From the NCBI GenBank assembly GCA_965113315.1, contig OZ220370.1: a DNA stretch of 64,000 nt; one strand, 5' to 3'. Numbering within the stretch: position 1 is the stretch's first letter; each line of letters opens with the position of its first letter. Source of the stretch: Podarcis vaucheri. Its lineage: Eukaryota. The translations under genes were made by a program, and so were the position numbers. Under the pieces are notes generated by a model. It did no database searches. It was given only the letters and a program-made list of their open reading frames with translations, and was not told where the DNA came from. Below are positions 61,236 to 64,000 of the stretch, one piece after another.

Positions 61236-61439
61236 GCTGGTACTCGTCTGTTCTGGCTCCTGAACACCGCAAACCCGGAAGTGAGTGTTCTGGTTTGCGA
61301 ACGTTCTTTGGAACCTGAACGTCCAAGGGGGATTCCGCGGCTTCTGCAGCCAATTGGAAGCTGCGCCTTGGTGTCCTAACGTTTTGGAAGTCGAACGGAC
61401 TTCCGGAATGGATTCTGTTTGACTTCTGAGATACCATTG
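61236..61439. mobile_element. Tigger/pogo-like MITE (family B), left end decayed
   Basis: Homologous to 30005-30246 and 31635-31885. Confidence 0.7.
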
Positions 61440-61486
61440 TATGTAGTGCGAAACATTTTTTATTTGGACTACTGTACACTGCCCTA

Positions 61487-61842
61487 GGGACACGGGTGGC
61501 GCTGTGGGTTAAACCACAGAGCCTAGGATTTGCCAATCAGAAGGTCGGCAGTTCGAATCCCCGCAACGGGGTGAGCTCCCGTTGCTCGGTCCTTGCTCCT
61601 GCCAGCCTAGCAGTTCGAAAGCACGTTGAGGTGCAAGTAGATAAATAGGTACCGCTCTGGTGGGAAGGTAGACGGCGTTTTTGTGCACTGCTCTGGTTCG
61701 CCAGAAGCGGCTTAGTCATGCTGGCCACCTGACCCGGAAGCTGTACGCCGGCTCCCTCGGCCAATAGAGTGAGATGAGTGCCGCAACCCCAGAGTCAGTC
61801 ATGACTGGACCTAATGGTCAGGGGTCCCTTTACCTTTACCTT
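61487..61842 (+). mobile_element. Sauria SINE, full length, young
   Basis: Perfect TSD TACACTGCCCTA (61475-61486, 61843-61854); B box GTTCGAATCC. Confidence 0.96.
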
Positions 61843-61908
61843 TACACTGCCCTAGAATCTTTTAAATAAATAAATATGTTCCATGATCGGCTTCTGTACA
61901 ATGGAAGA

Positions 61909-61950
<42 letters not shown>
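61909..61950. repeat. (AAT)n microsatellite
   Basis: Read directly from sequence. Confidence 0.95.
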
Positions 61951-62174
61951 TATACCATACACACACACACACACCATCTTTAAGGTAAAGCTTAAAAGGA
62001 CCCAACTACGTTGGTGGGGCTCAGTGGAACTGGAATCTTCTTCCAAGATTCTGTGGTTGGGACCCACAGTTACCACCCACCCAAGTATGTGGGTCACTAC
62101 CCACATCTGGACTCCCATGAAAATCTGAATATGTGATATGTGAATAGACATCTAGTTAACTGGTTGGAGAGTAT

Positions 62175-62654
62175 CAACCAATCAATCTTTATTACGGTCC
62201 AGAGACCCAACAAATTGTTACAAAGCAATGCACAATTCAGACAGCCTACCTCCAGGTTAAGCAAGTGTTTTGTTCACGCTTAAAGATAGGGATCATTGGT
62301 TCTTGCAACCACCGATAAAAACTTCGCCACTGCTAATGTTCTAGCGTTTGTCCGGTCTTCCAATAGGAACCTGACATAGTGAGCCTCTGATTTTCCTGGA
62401 AAGGTACCAGCAAGGGTAATATCAGTTCAGCCCTGGCTTGCTCCTATTTCGCACAGTGCAGCAAAATATGTTTTATAGAATTGATGTCTTGAGCACACGA
62501 GCAAAGTCTGTCCTGGTAGGGAACTCCTCTCAACCTGCCATCCAACACTGCAGAAGGAAAGACGTTTAGTTTGGCTTTGGAGAATAACCTTCGATAATTT
62601 GGTACTGTCAGGTTTTTAATGTAAGGTGTTAACTTAAAGACATGCCCATATTGT
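62175..62654 (-). mobile_element. Non-LTR retrotransposon 3' fragment with CCHC motif (RTE-X-like, clade tentative)
   Basis: YRRLFSKAKLNVFPSAVLDGR...RLCSC...HILLHC; AATAAA plus (ATTG)n tail; perfect 16-bp TSD ACTGGTTGGAGAGTAT (62159-62174, 62655-62670). Confidence 0.8.
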
Positions 62655-63162
62655 ACTGGTTGGAGAGTATAATCCTTAGTATACATTCTAGTAGTTTGAC
62701 CTAAGGGCATTTTATTAAATTTATTTACCTCACCTTTTTTTAAAAAAAATAAAAAATGAGATTGATTAGTTTTGGGTTCCTAGGGCAATGCTTTCATGAA
62801 ATGTACATACATTGTGGGGGCGGGGGAAGAGAAGGCACAATGTTTCTCAAACTGAAAAATGCGACCCCACTGGCTTAGAGGGTCATGACTAAGGCTCTAT
62901 TTTAAAAAGTTTTAATTTCCTTTTCTTTCCAGGCTTGGACTTAGAATAGAAATGCAAAAGCCTGCACTCTTGTGGCAACCCCCTTTTTCCTGTCTTGATT
63001 CACAGCTTATTTTATGATCGGTCTGGAGGGTGGCGGTAGGGAAACAACTTGGAAATATCTGTTTTTTTATTGACTGATTTGCACACACAAAAAGCTAAGG
63101 AGTTGGTGCTGTTTTTTAAATGCTGTGCACAGATGATCTGCTAACCACATTTTGAAATATCG

Positions 63163-63570
63163 TAGAATCATAGAGTTGGAAGGGACCCTGAGGGTCATCT
63201 AGTCCAACCCCCTGCAATGCAGGAATCTCGACTAAAGCATCCATGACAGATGCCCATAAAACTTCTGCTTAAAAATCTCCAGTGAAGGAGAGTCCACCAC
63301 CTCTTATGGGAGTCCGTCAAACAGCTCTTACCATCAGAAAGTTATTCCTGATGTTCAGCCAGAATCTCCTTTCTTGTAACTTGAATCCATTGGTTCAGGT
63401 CCTGGCCTCCAGAGCCGAAGAAAACAAGCCTTGTGGCAGCCCTTGAGATGTTTGACGATGGCTATCATATCTCCTCTCAATCTCTTTTCCAGGGTAAACA
63501 TACCCAACTCACTCATAAGTTTCCAGACTCTTCATCTTCTCGGTCACCCTCATCTGCACACATTTCATCT
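63163..63570 (-). mobile_element. CR1 LINE 3' fragment
   Basis: Homologous to 57455-57910. Confidence 0.85.
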
Positions 63571-63617
63571 TAAAGCCTATTTCTGTGCAAAAGTACTGTG
63601 GAATAATTGGTAATGCA

Positions 63618-63752
63618 GTTCAAAGGTCGGCAATGTGGTGTGTCTCCTCCCCCGATGTTGCTGGACTACAGCTCCCAGTACCCCTCACCAATTGACATGC
63701 TTGGGTAGATGGAAAGTAGAGTCCAGAAACATCTGGTAGGCACCATGTTGGC
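63618..63752. mobile_element. Old palindromic hAT-like MITE
   Basis: GATGTTGCTGGACTAC...GTAGAGTCCAGAAACATC arms. Confidence 0.55.
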
Positions 63753-63814
63753 GAATATTGATCTCATCCATGCAAATCCCTTTCAAAGCTTCGGAAAAGT
63801 TGTGTTTGTAATGA

Positions 63815-64000
63815 TTGTTGTTGTTGTTTAGTCGTTTAGTCGTGTCCGACTCTTTGTGACCCCATGGACCAGAGCACGCCAGGCACTCCTGTCTTCCACT
63901 GCCTCCCGCAGTTTGGTCAAACGCATGCTGGTAGCTTGGAGAACACTGTCCAACCATCTCATCCTCTGTTGGCCCCTTCTCTTTGTGCCCTCCATCTTTC
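63815..64000 (-). mobile_element. Bov-B 3' end, cut by window edge
   Basis: Near-identical to 38616-38800. Confidence 0.93.

Noticed and set aside
18078-64000. Recurrent 60-130 aa ORFs (MTPWTR..., MAEGAG..., MDQSTPG...) as a gene family
   Set aside because: Alternative-frame translations of Bov-B and Sauria SINE copies.
1-64000. CRISPR array, operon or other prokaryotic system
   Set aside because: Eukaryotic locus; no regularly spaced repeat-spacer array or gene cluster.

Overview
Vertebrate genomic DNA, most likely a lacertid lizard (inferred from Sauria SINE/Squam1, Squam2- and Squam3-like SINEs, Bov-B, CR1 and L2). The only host protein-coding gene is intronless FOXC1 on the minus strand (ATG 9830, stop 7884, 648 codons). 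A 143-N gap covers the core of its forkhead domain. FOXC1 sits in a CpG-rich domain (about 1-18 kb) with no recognisable young LINEs or SINEs, and that domain ends at a strong CTCF-type motif near 17.86 kb. The rest (18-64 kb) is upstream gene desert dense in transposon fragments, many nested and with readable TSDs/TIRs, separated by TE-free islands that may be enhancers. No prokaryote-type system (CRISPR, operon) is present. The best leads are: homopolymer-expanded FOXC1 with an altered eh1 motif and a possible CUG-initiated poly-Gly extension; an extended miR-200a/141 site inside a 3'UTR hairpin; a duplicated bipartite X-box-like module downstream of the gene; a Tc1 element with an inverted piece of transposase; a SINE and its partner LINE inserted at the same target site; and a three-level TE nest. 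TE family names and human comparisons are from memory, not database searches.
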